A stretch of 64,000 bases of DNA from Dehalococcoidia bacterium (GCA_965197585.1 OZ240215.1:2528001-2592000); one strand, 5' to 3'. Shown: positions 1-10,232, numbered from the stretch's first letter. Made by a program: numbers and translations. The notes: a model not told the origin generated them from the sequence alone.

Positions 1-2
1 AT

Positions 3-740
3 TTCTGTGCGCCCTACCCCGACCGGCTGATCCCCATAGCCCACGTCACGGTGCGAGACGTGAACGAGGGCATCAAGGAATTGGAGAGGGCCGCAAGGGA
101 TGGCATGAAGGGCGCATTCATCTGTCCGGCGCCCATGAACGGCATCCGCTACAGCCACGAATACTATGACCGTTTCTGGGCCACCGCCCAGGACCTGGAC
201 ATGCCCATAACCTTCCACGTAGTCCTCAACCCCGACTACCCCGGCCGCAACTCTTATCCTGAAGACGAGACCGGCCTCGGCCCCGTGTTCTTCAACAACG
301 TGATGACCTTCGCCGACCCCCTGATCAGCTTTACCTGCATGATGGGCGACGGCACCTTCGAAAAGTTCCCCGGCCTGAAACTGTCCATGGTCGAAGTCGG
401 CTGTACCTGGCTCCTCCACTGGCTCGACATGATGGATTTCAAAACCGGTCGGTTCAGCTTCGACATGTCCCTTACCATGACCCCCAGTGAGTACTTCCGT
501 CGCCAGGTCTGGGTCAGCGCTGAACCTATCGAAAAGGGCCTCGGCGCAGTGGCCCAGATGGTCGGGACCGACCGCTTCATGTGGGGTTCCGACTGGCCCC
601 ACCCCGAGGGCCACACCGACCCCCTCAACAAGGTCAAGCACAACATCGCAAGCCTTTCGGAAGCCGACCAGAACAAGATCCTGGGCGAAAACGCCCTCGC
701 CATGTACGGCCTGTCCGTGCCCGCCCCTGCCGTGGGCTAG
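3..740 (+). CDS. Amidohydrolase_2 family metal-dependent hydrolase (5' truncated by window edge)
   Basis: Open frame from base 3 (FCAPYPDRLIPIAHV...); ITFH and WGSDWPHPEG motifs; close paralog of the next gene. Confidence 0.85.
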   Translation, partial: FCAPYPDRLIPIAHVTVRDVNEGIKELERAARDGMKGAFICPAPMNGIRYSHEYYDRFWATAQDLDMPITFHVVLNPDYPGRNSYPEDETGLGPVFFNNVMTFADPLISFTCMMGDGTFEKFPGLKLSMVEVGCTWLLHWLDMMDFKTGRFSFDMSLTMTPSEYFRRQVWVSAEPIEKGLGAVAQMVGTDRFMWGSDWPHPEGHTDPLNKVKHNIASLSEADQNKILGENALAMYGLSVPAPAVG

Positions 741-759
741 ACGAAAAGGAGTATCTGCT

Positions 760-1920
760 ATGGCACCTGGAATAGTTGTCGACTCGGACAGCCACATCCT
801 GGAACCCGCCACTATGTGGAGGGACTACATTGATCCTGACTACCGCTCGCGCGCCATGGGCATTGAGTTCGACGAACTGGGTCTCGAATACCTGGACATC
901 GACGGCAAGATGAGCAGCGGCTACAACGGCGGCGCTCTTGGCCGCATCGCCGGCGTCGAGAAGGACCGCGAGTGGATTATGGGTCACGCTACCCTCCCCT
1001 ACGCCGAGGCCGCCACCCTCGCCCCCGGCGCTGCCTACCCCGCCGAGAGAATCAAGCACCTCGCCAGGGAGGGCGTCGATAAGACCTTCCTCTTCCCCAG
1101 CCTCGGCCTCGGTTGGGAAGCCGAGTGTGAAGACGCCGAAATCTCCGACGCCTATTGCCGGGCCTACAACCGCTGGCTCGTCGATTTCTGCAAGGATCAC
1201 CCGGACCAGCTCTTCCCCGTGGCCCACGTCTCCGTCAGAGAGGTCGAGTTCGGTGTCGCCGAGCTCCAGCGCGCCGCCAAGGACGGTATGAAGGGCGCTT
1301 TCATCTGCCCTGCCCCCGTCAACGGCATCCGCTACGGAGACTCCTATTACGACCCCTTCTGGGCTGCCGCCCAGGACCTCGACATGCCTATCACCCTGCA
1401 CGTCATCTTCAACCCCAACTACGTCGGCAAGCACCTCTACCCCGACCACCCCGGCCTCGGGCCCGAGTTCTTCGTCGAGTCCATGGTCTTCGGCGATCCC
1501 TTCCTCTCCTTCACCAACATGATGACCGAAGGCGTATTCGAAAAGTTCCCCAACCTCCGCATCTCCATGGTCGAGATTGGCTCCACCTGGGTCGCCCACT
1601 GGCTCGACTTCCTGGACTTCAAGTTCTCTCGCTTCGGCTTCGACACCATCCTCACCATGAAGCCCAGCGAGTACTTCAAACGCCAGTGCTGGATCAGCGC
1701 CGAACCTATAGAGAAAGGCCTGGGCGCCGTGGCCCAGATCGTCGGCACGGACCGCTTTCTCTGGGGCTCCGACTGGCCCCACCCCGAGGGCCACACCGAC
1801 CCCCTGAGCAAGGTCAAGGCCAACATCGCCGATCTCCCGGAAGCAGACCAGCGCAAGATTCTCGGCGAAAACGCCCTAGCCCTCTACCGCCTGGCCTCCC
1901 CGGCTCCGGCTGTAGGGTAG
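760..1920 (+). CDS. Amidohydrolase_2 family metal-dependent hydrolase
   Basis: AAGGAG RBS then ATG 760; DSDSH metal motif, YNRWL, ITLH, WGSDWPH. Confidence 0.88.
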   Translation: MAPGIVVDSDSHILEPATMWRDYIDPDYRSRAMGIEFDELGLEYLDIDGKMSSGYNGGALGRIAGVEKDREWIMGHATLPYAEAATLAPGAAYPAERIKHLAREGVDKTFLFPSLGLGWEAECEDAEISDAYCRAYNRWLVDFCKDHPDQLFPVAHVSVREVEFGVAELQRAAKDGMKGAFICPAPVNGIRYGDSYYDPFWAAAQDLDMPITLHVIFNPNYVGKHLYPDHPGLGPEFFVESMVFGDPFLSFTNMMTEGVFEKFPNLRISMVEIGSTWVAHWLDFLDFKFSRFGFDTILTMKPSEYFKRQCWISAEPIEKGLGAVAQIVGTDRFLWGSDWPHPEGHTDPLSKVKANIADLPEADQRKILGENALALYRLASPAPAVG

Positions 1921-1937
1921 GTCTCAATCCACCAACG

Positions 1938-1980
1938 AAAGAAAGACGCCGGACTGTTGAACAGTCCGGCGTTCTTTTCT
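1938..1980. terminator. Bidirectional intrinsic terminator
   Basis: Inverted repeat ACGCCGGACTGT/ACAGTCCGGCGT flanked by A-rich and T-rich tracts between convergent genes. Confidence 0.75.
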
Positions 1981-2018
1981 CAGTCCCATAAGGCCAGGTC
2001 CTACCTGAGGTGTTCCCA

Positions 2019-3017
2019 TTATGCGAATTGCGGCATAACCTCCCGAGCAAACGTCCTCATCATCGCCACGAACCTCGGCAGGTTCTCCGCCCAGCACCTC
2101 ATACCCAGCCCATGGACACCCGCCTCCTGATAGGCCTCGATCACCTTCGAAATCCTCCCCACAGACCCCACCAAAGACCCCGCCAACCCCTCTTCAAAGG
2201 TGTGTATCTCAGTCACCAGTGTCTTCCTCGTCATCGCCTGTGCCGCAGCGTCCTCGTCTATGTATAGGGGTATGTACCCCGTCACCTGAAAGTCCACGTC
2301 CCCCCTCCCCGACTCCGCCGCCAGCTCCCGGATACGCTTGATTCCGTCGGCCATCACGTGGGGAGGCCCTTCAGGTATCCACCCGTCGCACCGCTCGGCG
2401 ATACGGCGCATCGCCGGCTCGTACAGCTTCGGTGCCCGAGTCTTGCGCGGGTACACCACCCCTCCCCCATACAGCACCGGCACCTTAGGCGTCGTCTTCG
2501 GGAAATACGACGCGTTTTCAAACGAGATGTTCGGCCCCTGAAAGTCCACGTGCCCGCCCTGGAAGGCGGCATTCAGCACGTTGATGTATTCGTCCGTGAT
2601 ACGGTTCTTTTCGTCGTAGGGGATCTGCATCACCCGGAAGTCGCTGGGGTAGTCCCCGATCCCGACACCCAGCATCAACCTACCCCCAGAAAGAGCCTGC
2701 AAAGTCATCGCCTGCCTAGCCAAAACCCTCGGATCCCGGAGGGGCAACACCAGAATCGCCGTACCCAGCTTCACGTTTTGCGTCATCCCCGCCACCCACG
2801 TCAGCGTGCTTATAGACTCGTAGAAGTGAGGTTCTATTCCCTCACACTGCTCAATCAGCCCCGACCCCCTGTGAAGGAACCAGTCCGTATCGTAGGTCAC
2901 GTGGTCGTGGCACCACACCGAGTCGAAACCCAGGTCATCAGCCTCTAGCGCCACCCGCCTGATAGCCTCCACCCCCGCCAGCGCCCCCGAATGCGGCAGC
3001 ATAATCCCAAACTTCAT
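2019..3017 (-). CDS. LLM-class (luciferase-like) flavin/F420-dependent oxidoreductase
   Basis: MKFGIMLP start, GFDSVWCHDH, KLGTAILVLPLRDP, LSGGRLMLGVGIG; GGAGG RBS. Confidence 0.88.
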   Translation of the reverse strand: MKFGIMLPHSGALAGVEAIRRVALEADDLGFDSVWCHDHVTYDTDWFLHRGSGLIEQCEGIEPHFYESISTLTWVAGMTQNVKLGTAILVLPLRDPRVLARQAMTLQALSGGRLMLGVGIGDYPSDFRVMQIPYDEKNRITDEYINVLNAAFQGGHVDFQGPNISFENASYFPKTTPKVPVLYGGGVVYPRKTRAPKLYEPAMRRIAERCDGWIPEGPPHVMADGIKRIRELAAESGRGDVDFQVTGYIPLYIDEDAAAQAMTRKTLVTEIHTFEEGLAGSLVGSVGRISKVIEAYQEAGVHGLGMRCWAENLPRFVAMMRTFAREVMPQFA

Positions 3018-3069
3018 GATGTCACCTCCATATCAAGGCTAGGGGCAAAGATAACACACCCCATTTCAA

Positions 3070-4245
3070 CTACTTCACGTACAGCTTGTGCTCCAACCCA
3101 TCCGTCAGAGTCTTGCACCCGTCCTCCGTGACGAGAATCGTGTCGCTGTTCACCGCCCTCTTCACCCTGCCGAGACCCTGCAGGGCCACATGCCCCGCCA
3201 GCAGGTGGAAGGTCATTCCCGCCTGAAGTGGCCGGGTCTCCCCCTCCGTCATACTGATGATGTGCCCTTCGCCCCAGTCCGGCGCAAAAGCGATTCCTAT
3301 CGAATATGCCGCCCGGCTGTTTCGCTTGCTCCCCGAGCCCATTGCCTCCTCCAGGCTCTCCTGCACCAGCCGGTGTATCTCCCCCGCCGGGACCCCCGGC
3401 CTGATCGCCGACTTCGCCATAGCCATCACTTCCACACCCACCTCCCGGGCCCTGAGCAGCAGTTCAGGTGGGTCCCCGAGAAATATCTGCTGATAGGTCG
3501 CCGCGTGATAGCGGTTAATACACCCCGGCATCTCTATTGTCACGCTATCCCCGGGCTGTATCACGTTCCGATACCACGTCGAATGGGTCATCGAGTCCCG
3601 CTCCCCCGTCCTTATGAATATCGGCAGTCCCGTATACTCGCTCCCCGCCTTTATCTGCGCCCGATGAATCTCCGCCGCCACGTCGTTCTCCGTCACCCCC
3701 ACCTGGCAGGCCTCGATCCCCGCCCTCAACCCCGCCTCCGCCGTCTTCGCCGCCTGCCTTATGTACTCGATCTCCTGCGCTGATTTCACCATCCTCCCCT
3801 CCTCCACCAGCCCCGACCCATCCACAAAAGTCGCTGACGATAAGGCAGCCGCAAGCCCCTTCTCATCACGAGATGTCAGGAAGAACGAGTCATATTGCAC
3901 CCCGATACGCGCATCTGCCTTACCCAGGTCCGTTAGCACGTCCCGCGTGTGGGCTATCCAGTCCTCATGGTCTTCGTAGGGCCGGCTGTCCTCGACCCAG
4001 GATTGAGGCGCAATGTTGGACTCCTCATTGAGCCGGGTGATGAACACCGGCTCCCGGTCCATCGTCACTATCAGCATCTGGTACCAGTAGTAGCCGGGAG
4101 TCTGGTAACCGGAAACGTAATACAAGTTCTCCGGCGAGTTGACCAGCAGAACATCAATCCCCCGTTCTTCCATCCGGTGTCGCAGCGCATCAAGCCGCCC
4201 TTGATATTCCTCCAGCGTGAAGAACTGGTACTTGGGGCTCCTCAT
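3070..4245 (-). CDS. M24 (Xaa-Pro peptidase fold) protein, ectoine hydrolase DoeA/EutD-like, copy 1
   Basis: FTLEEYQGRL N-terminus, KSAQEIEYIR, RYHA, YSIGIAFAPDWGE, GMTFH, C-terminal LYVK as in DoeA. Confidence 0.82.
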   Translation of the reverse strand: MRSPKYQFFTLEEYQGRLDALRHRMEERGIDVLLVNSPENLYYVSGYQTPGYYWYQMLIVTMDREPVFITRLNEESNIAPQSWVEDSRPYEDHEDWIAHTRDVLTDLGKADARIGVQYDSFFLTSRDEKGLAAALSSATFVDGSGLVEEGRMVKSAQEIEYIRQAAKTAEAGLRAGIEACQVGVTENDVAAEIHRAQIKAGSEYTGLPIFIRTGERDSMTHSTWYRNVIQPGDSVTIEMPGCINRYHAATYQQIFLGDPPELLLRAREVGVEVMAMAKSAIRPGVPAGEIHRLVQESLEEAMGSGSKRNSRAAYSIGIAFAPDWGEGHIISMTEGETRPLQAGMTFHLLAGHVALQGLGRVKRAVNSDTILVTEDGCKTLTDGLEHKLYVK

Positions 4246-4267
4246 ATCTGCTCCTTCGGTCTAGTCG

Positions 4268-5428
4268 TTACTTGACGAACAACTTCTGTTCCACACCACC
4301 CGTCAGCGTCTCACAACCGTCCTCCGTGACCAGGACAGTGTCGCTGCAGAGAATGCCCCCGAACCCCGGGACCCGAACCCCGGGAATCAGGTGGAATGCC
4401 ATCCCGGCCTGCAGAGGTCGCTCCTCACCTCTAGTGATGCTGATGATGTGCCCTTCTCCCCAGTCGGGAGCGAAGGCTATGCCTATCGAGTACGCCGCCC
4501 GACGCTCCAGTTTCGCCCCCAGGTCCGCCGAGTCCAGCATCTCCTTGATCTCTTCGAACAGGTCCCCCGCCACGACCCCCGGCCTGATCTTCTCCTTGGC
4601 CTTCTTCAGGGTGTCGGTAACCACATCCATCCCCCTCACCATCATCTCCGACGGCTCCCCGATATACACTTCCCTCATCATGGCGACGTGATAACGGTTC
4701 ACGCACCCCGGCACCTCGAAGAAGACTACCTCGTTTTCCTGCAAAGGCCTCCTGTACCAGGTGGCGTGCGTCATTGTAGACCGCACACCCGAGGCCACAA
4801 AAATCGGCAAGCCCGTGTATTCGCTTCCTGCCTTGATCTGTGCCCTGTGCATCTCCGCCGCCACGTCGTTCTCTGTCGCGCCGAGCCCCACCGCCTCTAT
4901 CCCCGCCAGGGTAGCCGCCTCTGCAGCCTTAGCTGCCTGCCGCATGTACTCGATCTCCTGTGGAGACTTGATCATCCGCCCCTCTTCGATCAGTCCCGTG
5001 CTGTCCACGAACTTGGCCCCCGGCATCAGGCCCTTCAGCTTCAGATAGTCCCTTGCCGGAAGAAAGAAACTCCCAAGCTCCATCCCGATCGTCTTCCCCC
5101 CGAGCCCCAGGTCCACCAGCACGTCCCGAGTCTTCTCCACCCAGTCCTCATAGTCCTCATACGGCCGCCGGTCCTCGACCCACCCCAGCTCCCGCATGTT
5201 TGAGTCCTCAACCCGCCGCGTGATCGACACAGGCTCCCGGTCCATTGGCACAACCAGCGTCTGCCACCAGTAATACCCTGGCGTCTGGTAGCCTGAGAGG
5301 TAGTACAGGTTCTCCGGCGTGTTCACCAGCACCGCATCCACCCCCAACCCCTCCATCCGCCCCCGAAGCGCATCGAGCCTTTGCTGGTACTCCTCCAGCT
5401 CAAAATACTGCCAGTTCGGTTTCTTCAC
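4268..5428 (-). CDS. M24 protein, DoeA/EutD-like, copy 2
   Basis: Same motifs (KSPQEIEYMR, THATW, FFEVPGC, APDWGE); GTG start after GGAG RBS. Confidence 0.82.
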   Translation of the reverse strand: MKKPNWQYFELEEYQQRLDALRGRMEGLGVDAVLVNTPENLYYLSGYQTPGYYWWQTLVVPMDREPVSITRRVEDSNMRELGWVEDRRPYEDYEDWVEKTRDVLVDLGLGGKTIGMELGSFFLPARDYLKLKGLMPGAKFVDSTGLIEEGRMIKSPQEIEYMRQAAKAAEAATLAGIEAVGLGATENDVAAEMHRAQIKAGSEYTGLPIFVASGVRSTMTHATWYRRPLQENEVVFFEVPGCVNRYHVAMMREVYIGEPSEMMVRGMDVVTDTLKKAKEKIRPGVVAGDLFEEIKEMLDSADLGAKLERRAAYSIGIAFAPDWGEGHIISITRGEERPLQAGMAFHLIPGVRVPGFGGILCSDTVLVTEDGCETLTGGVEQKLFVK

Positions 5429-5492
5429 CTATTCCTCCGTTGCCCTCTCTCTTTGTTGATCCATTGCCTTACCCCGCCATCTTAGGCGGGGT

Positions 5493-5581
5493 ATTCCGCT
5501 CGCCCTGAGCTGAGTCGAAGGGTCTCAAGAGCGGAATCGGTGGGGTGTCCCGGCCCCCGCCCGGAGTTACGCAAAGGTCTC
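5493..5581. repeat. REP-like palindrome (CCGCTCGCCCTGAG...GTCGAAGGG...GAGCGG) followed by GTTACGCAAAGGTCTC terminal-repeat motif
   Basis: Same palindrome recurs at about 10336, 11176, 15396, 18273, 22993, 37682 and 51407 (reverse). Confidence 0.7.
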
Positions 5582-5636
5582 TCGATGGGAGAGGGCCAGG
5601 GTGATCCCCGTTCTTGTGACTGGAAGGTCTATCCCC

Positions 5637-6797
5637 CTACTTCGAAAACAGCTTCCTCTCCACATTCCCAGTTATCGGCTCACAACCGGTCTCCGTCACC
5701 AACACCGTCTCGCTCACCCCCACCGACGACAGCCCCGGTATAAAAATAGCCGGTATCAGGTGGAAGGTCATCCCGGCCTTCAACTCCCGGTATTCACCCT
5801 CGTTCATGCTGATAATGTGCCCTTCGCCCCAGTCCGGCGCAAACGCTATTCCTATGGAATATGCTGCCCGGTGAGTCAGCTCCACCCCCAGCCCCGCCCC
5901 CCCGATGACGTTCTTGCACACCATGTGGGCGTCGTGAGCCGTGACCCCGGGTTTAATAAATTTGATCATTTCCTCCAGGGCCTCAGCCATGACGGCCGTC
6001 GCCTTTATGGACCCCTCCGGCGGATCACCCAGGTACACGTTCCGCATCTGCGAGGCGTGGTACCGGTTGATGCAACCCGATAGCTCCAGGAACACCGTGT
6101 CCCCTGGCTGTATCGTTTCCCGATACCACGTTACGTGCCCCAGGAACGACCTCTTACCGGCGGTGACGAACAGGGGAAGCCCCGTGTATTCGCTCCCCGC
6201 CTTTATCTGCGCCGCATAGACCGCCGCCGCGACTTCATTCTCCGTCACCCCGACCTCCGACGCCTCTATCCCCGCCAGTACCCCCGCCTCCGTGGCCCGG
6301 GCTGCCTGCGTAATGTACTCGATCTCCTTCGGCGACTTGATCATCCTCCCCTCTTCCACCATCATCGAGCAGTCCACCCACTTCGCGTCCGGCAGCATCC
6401 CCTTCAACCTGTCGTAGTCCTGGATGGTTATGAACCAGGAGCTCATCTCCACACCTATCCTCTTCGACCCCATCCCCAGGTCCTCCAGCGTGTCCCGCGT
6501 CCGAGCCACCCAGTCGTCCGAGTCCCCGTAGGGCCGGCTGTCCTCCACCCAGGTCAGGTGCTCCACGTTGGAGTTTTCCAGGAGGCGGGTTATGAACACC
6601 GGCTCCCGGTCCATCGTAACTATGAGGGTCTGGTACCAGTAGTAGCCGGGGGTCTGGTACCCGGTTAGGTAATACAGGTTCTCCGGCGTGTGCACCATCA
6701 TGCAGTCCACACCCTTCGCCTCCATCCGCGCCCTTAGAGCGTCCAGCCTGCCCTGGTATTCCTCCAGGGTGAAGTACTGCCAAGTTGCCGTCTTCAT
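5637..6797 (-). CDS. M24 protein, DoeA/EutD-like, copy 3
   Basis: Same motifs (GHVTW, FLELSGC, RYHA, APDWGE, GMTFH). Confidence 0.82.
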   Translation of the reverse strand: MKTATWQYFTLEEYQGRLDALRARMEAKGVDCMMVHTPENLYYLTGYQTPGYYWYQTLIVTMDREPVFITRLLENSNVEHLTWVEDSRPYGDSDDWVARTRDTLEDLGMGSKRIGVEMSSWFITIQDYDRLKGMLPDAKWVDCSMMVEEGRMIKSPKEIEYITQAARATEAGVLAGIEASEVGVTENEVAAAVYAAQIKAGSEYTGLPLFVTAGKRSFLGHVTWYRETIQPGDTVFLELSGCINRYHASQMRNVYLGDPPEGSIKATAVMAEALEEMIKFIKPGVTAHDAHMVCKNVIGGAGLGVELTHRAAYSIGIAFAPDWGEGHIISMNEGEYRELKAGMTFHLIPAIFIPGLSSVGVSETVLVTETGCEPITGNVERKLFSK

Positions 6798-6835
6798 TTA
6801 TATCTCCCTTCTCTTCGAATCATATCCCCTTGCCC

Positions 6836-8377
6836 TTACCCACCCCTTTTCCGCTTTACCGACCGGCCCAAGGCCACAAGGAACATCACGCTCATCCCCT
6901 CGGCCGCCGGCCCAAAGAACTTAATAACCTCGTCGTCGTAGAAGGTCAGCCCGCTCGCCCCGAACCCCATCCCGTAGGCCATCAGGTACAACCGACCCCC
7001 TATTATCCCCGACTCCAGCTGTGCCATCCGATACCCTCGGTTCCCGAAAGCATCCAACACCTGTTTCAAGTCCGACAGCATGTACACGTCGACACTGGCG
7101 TCGGCGGGGATCTGCTGATCAAGGCCCAGGTGCCCCGCCTCCCCCCTGAAATCACCCTCCTTTAGCAGTTCCAGCCCGTGCTCCCCACGATCATAGCGGT
7201 ACGCCCCCGAGGCCAAACCCTCGACCGCGTTGACTATCAGGAACAGCTCGTTCATAGACGCCCCGTACGGCGACAGGAAATCGGCGTCGATCCCCCTCGT
7301 TGAGAAGTGCAGAGCCGCCGACAGCTCCTCTATCGAGATCGGGTCTTGAGCAAACGTCCTCGTAGAACCCCGGCGCAAGATGGTCTCCTCCAGACCCCGC
7401 ACCCTTACGTCTCCTTCTCGCGGCAGCTGCACCATGTTGCCCGCAGTTTCGTATGATCGCGATGCCGGTGTCCTGCCCCTCAAGTCTGCCAATTCCTTCG
7501 GCGACTCCAGTGACGAGCTTCTATTCATTCCATAGATCGCCGGGTATTCCACCATCTTCGGCGAAAGAGGCTCGATAGGCATTTCCAGCGCATCCATCGG
7601 GAGGGAAGCCGCGGGTGTAGCCTCCGAGGTCCTCCCCAACGGCACCAGCGCTACGACCGATTCCTTCTCAGCCTCCAGCCCCAACAGTCGATGCACTTCC
7701 TCGTCCACAAACGAGGTAACTACCTTCGAAGGCACCGCGGCCCCCGACGTCGCAGCCAGAGTGTTGGCCAGCAAAGTCCCCGCATCCCAGAAAGCATGCC
7801 TGTACGCCCGCGCCCCGTACTTCCAGGCGTTCCGCCAGTGCGTGTCCGCAAGCACAAGCGTAACCGGAGCTTCTACTACCGACGCCTCGTGCCCCGACGC
7901 CCTTGCCAGCACACCCCGGTAGTCGCCCTCCCTTAGTCGCACCAGCCCGAAGTCGTTAGGCCCGAAGTGGTACACCCCTGCATCCAGGCCTGGCAGGTTC
8001 CCACACACCACGTACAAGTCGATGTGATAAAGGGCCCCGGTGCAGGCCGCAGCCCGGAAATACAATTCCCCGCCGGGGTAGGGCTTTCTCTTCGTGATCC
8101 CCCCCGAGAGATACAGGACCCGGGCCAGCGTGCCCAGGTCCGGCATCGACGCCGTGTCGTGAGCCAGGGGCTCCGCGCCAACCGTCTCAGTTACGTTCGC
8201 CGTTATGGGACTGCCGTCCGTGGGCAACCGGACGCTATCGACGTCCTTGTAGATCTTGAAAGGAAGTGGTTGGTTCGGCCAGTCCAGTCCATGACCGCTC
8301 CGTACACTCCAGTAAGAGTGCTTGGTAGCGTTATGGTATTCCAGGGCTGCAGAACCGTCGCGATTGCCCATACTCAC
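6836..8377 (-). CDS. SagB/ThcOx family dehydrogenase (two nitroreductase domains)
   Basis: YHNATKH, RAAACTGALY, WKYGARAYR, RRGSTR and second-domain RGYRMAQLESG motifs. Confidence 0.85.
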   Translation of the reverse strand: MSMGNRDGSAALEYHNATKHSYWSVRSGHGLDWPNQPLPFKIYKDVDSVRLPTDGSPITANVTETVGAEPLAHDTASMPDLGTLARVLYLSGGITKRKPYPGGELYFRAAACTGALYHIDLYVVCGNLPGLDAGVYHFGPNDFGLVRLREGDYRGVLARASGHEASVVEAPVTLVLADTHWRNAWKYGARAYRHAFWDAGTLLANTLAATSGAAVPSKVVTSFVDEEVHRLLGLEAEKESVVALVPLGRTSEATPAASLPMDALEMPIEPLSPKMVEYPAIYGMNRSSSLESPKELADLRGRTPASRSYETAGNMVQLPREGDVRVRGLEETILRRGSTRTFAQDPISIEELSAALHFSTRGIDADFLSPYGASMNELFLIVNAVEGLASGAYRYDRGEHGLELLKEGDFRGEAGHLGLDQQIPADASVDVYMLSDLKQVLDAFGNRGYRMAQLESGIIGGRLYLMAYGMGFGASGLTFYDDEVIKFFGPAAEGMSVMFLVALGRSVKRKRGG

Positions 8378-8466
8378 CTTGGTAAAGGGGATATCGGAAA
8401 AGCCGCTGCGAGTATATCAAACTACCGTTGGCGGCAATTGCAAAATGCTGCAGCCTCGGTTGGGCC

Positions 8467-9936
8467 TCACACCGGCGCCCGCAGGTGCCTCCACCCCATG
8501 GATTGCTCGTACGCATAGGCCGCACGGAATATCGTCGGCTCCCCGAATGGCTTCGCCATGATCTGCATCCCGACCGGCAGCCCGAAGGAAAACCCCGCCG
8601 GCACCGAGATTGACGGTATACCCGCTATGTTAGCCGGGATCGTGCAGATATCACTCAGGTACATCTGCACCGGGTCGTCCGTCTTATCTCCGAGGGCGAA
8701 GGCCGGTGTTGGGCAGGTTGGCGCAATTAGCGCGTCGTACCGCTCAAACGCTTCGTCGAACTCCCGCCTGATCAGCGTCCTCACCTTCTGCGCCTTCAGG
8801 TAATAGGCATCGTAATACCCCGACGACAGCGCGTAAGTCCCGAGCATGATCCGCCGCTTCACCTCCGGCCCAAACCCCTGTTGCCGCGTCTTCTCCATCG
8901 CGTCCCACATGTTCTCCGCATCCTGCGCCGAGTAGCCGTACTTCACCCCGTCATACCTCGCCAGGTTCGCCGAAGCCTCAGACGGTGCGATTATGTAGTA
9001 CACCGCCAAAGCATATTTCGTGTGTGGCAGTGATACCTCCCGGTCGACCTCGGCCCCCAGCTCCTCCAGCTTCGCCAGTGCCCTTTCCATCACGTCCACC
9101 ACATCCCTCCCTATCCCCTCGACGAAGTATTCCTTCGGCACCCCGATTCGCATCCCCTTGATGTCTGGGAGCAGGGCCTCGGTGTAGTCGGGAGGCTGAA
9201 ATGGCACGGACGTCGAGTCCCGGGCATCGTGCCCTGCGATGGCGTTCATCACCAGGGCGCTGTCCGTCACGTCCTTGGTCACCGGCCCTATCTGGTCCAG
9301 TGAGCTCCCGAAAGCGACCAAACCGTACCTGCTCACTGCGCCGTAGGTCGGCTTCAGCCCTACCACCCCGCAGAACGACGCCGGTTGCCGGATGCTTCCT
9401 CCAGTGTCGGACCCCAGTGAGTACATCGCCTCCCCTGCCGCCACCGCTGCCGTCGCTCCCCCGCTGCTCCCCCCCGGCACCCGACCCAGGTCCCAGGGAT
9501 TGTGCGTAGTGTAAAAAGCCGAGTTTTCCGTCGACGACCCCATAGCGAATTCGTCCAGGTTCCCCTTGCCCACCAACACCGCCCCCGATTCCCGCAGCTG
9601 CTCTGCCACGTGGGCGTTGTAGGGTGGAACGAATTTCTCCAGCATCTTGGACGAGCACGTAGTTCGGATGCCGGTGGTGCAGATGTTGTCCTTGAGCATC
9701 ATCGGCACGCCATCCAGCGGCCCCTGCCTTCCCGACGCAGCCCTGTCGTCTGCGGCCTTGGCGTCGGCCAAAGCCCTTTCGCCCGTGACGGTAACGAAGG
9801 CCCGCACCCTCTCGTCCACGTTCTCGATGCGACCCAAGACCGCCTCGGTTAGCTCCGTAGACGTGATCTCCCGCGCCGCGAGAAGGTCCGCCGCGTCGTG
9901 AAGGGTGAGGTCGTGAAGGGGTTGCTGTCTGCTCAT
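8467..9936 (-). CDS. gatA: Asp-tRNA(Asn)/Glu-tRNA(Gln) amidotransferase subunit A
   Basis: KDN, GGSSGG, GSDTGGSIRQPA amidase signature, SNLARYDG-like, EVKRRIMLGTY. Confidence 0.97.
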   Translation of the reverse strand: MSRQQPLHDLTLHDAADLLAAREITSTELTEAVLGRIENVDERVRAFVTVTGERALADAKAADDRAASGRQGPLDGVPMMLKDNICTTGIRTTCSSKMLEKFVPPYNAHVAEQLRESGAVLVGKGNLDEFAMGSSTENSAFYTTHNPWDLGRVPGGSSGGATAAVAAGEAMYSLGSDTGGSIRQPASFCGVVGLKPTYGAVSRYGLVAFGSSLDQIGPVTKDVTDSALVMNAIAGHDARDSTSVPFQPPDYTEALLPDIKGMRIGVPKEYFVEGIGRDVVDVMERALAKLEELGAEVDREVSLPHTKYALAVYYIIAPSEASANLARYDGVKYGYSAQDAENMWDAMEKTRQQGFGPEVKRRIMLGTYALSSGYYDAYYLKAQKVRTLIRREFDEAFERYDALIAPTCPTPAFALGDKTDDPVQMYLSDICTIPANIAGIPSISVPAGFSFGLPVGMQIMAKPFGEPTIFRAAYAYEQSMGWRHLRAPV

Positions 9937-9944
9937 GGGTCAGG

Positions 9945-10232
9945 TCAACCGAGGACCGGCTTGACCCTGAAATAGTCGTCGTCTCTGCGTGGGGCGTTGG
10001 CCAAAACATCCTGCGAGGGCAGAGACGGGCGGTCTTCGTCGTCCCTGAAGACGCTGGATACGTCTACGGTGTGAGAAGTTGGGGGAACGCCCTCCGTATC
10101 CACCTCTTTGAGCACCCTGAACTGCTCCAATATATGGGACAGCTGCCCCCCGAAGGTCTCCAGGTCTTCCTCGGTCATCCCGACCCGGGCCAACAGGGCT
10201 ATGTGCTCTACTTCCTCTCGACTTAATAGCAT
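9945..10232 (-). CDS. gatC: Asp-tRNA(Asn)/Glu-tRNA(Gln) amidotransferase subunit C
   Basis: SREEVEHIALLAR, NAPRRDDDYFRV; immediately upstream of gatA; GGGAG RBS. Confidence 0.93.
   Translation of the reverse strand: MLLSREEVEHIALLARVGMTEEDLETFGGQLSHILEQFRVLKEVDTEGVPPTSHTVDVSSVFRDDEDRPSLPSQDVLANAPRRDDDYFRVKPVLG

Noticed and set aside
6836-8377. SagB/ThcOx gene as part of a RiPP (azole) cluster
   Set aside because: No YcaO, precursor peptide or transporter nearby; standalone double-domain SagB proteins are common.
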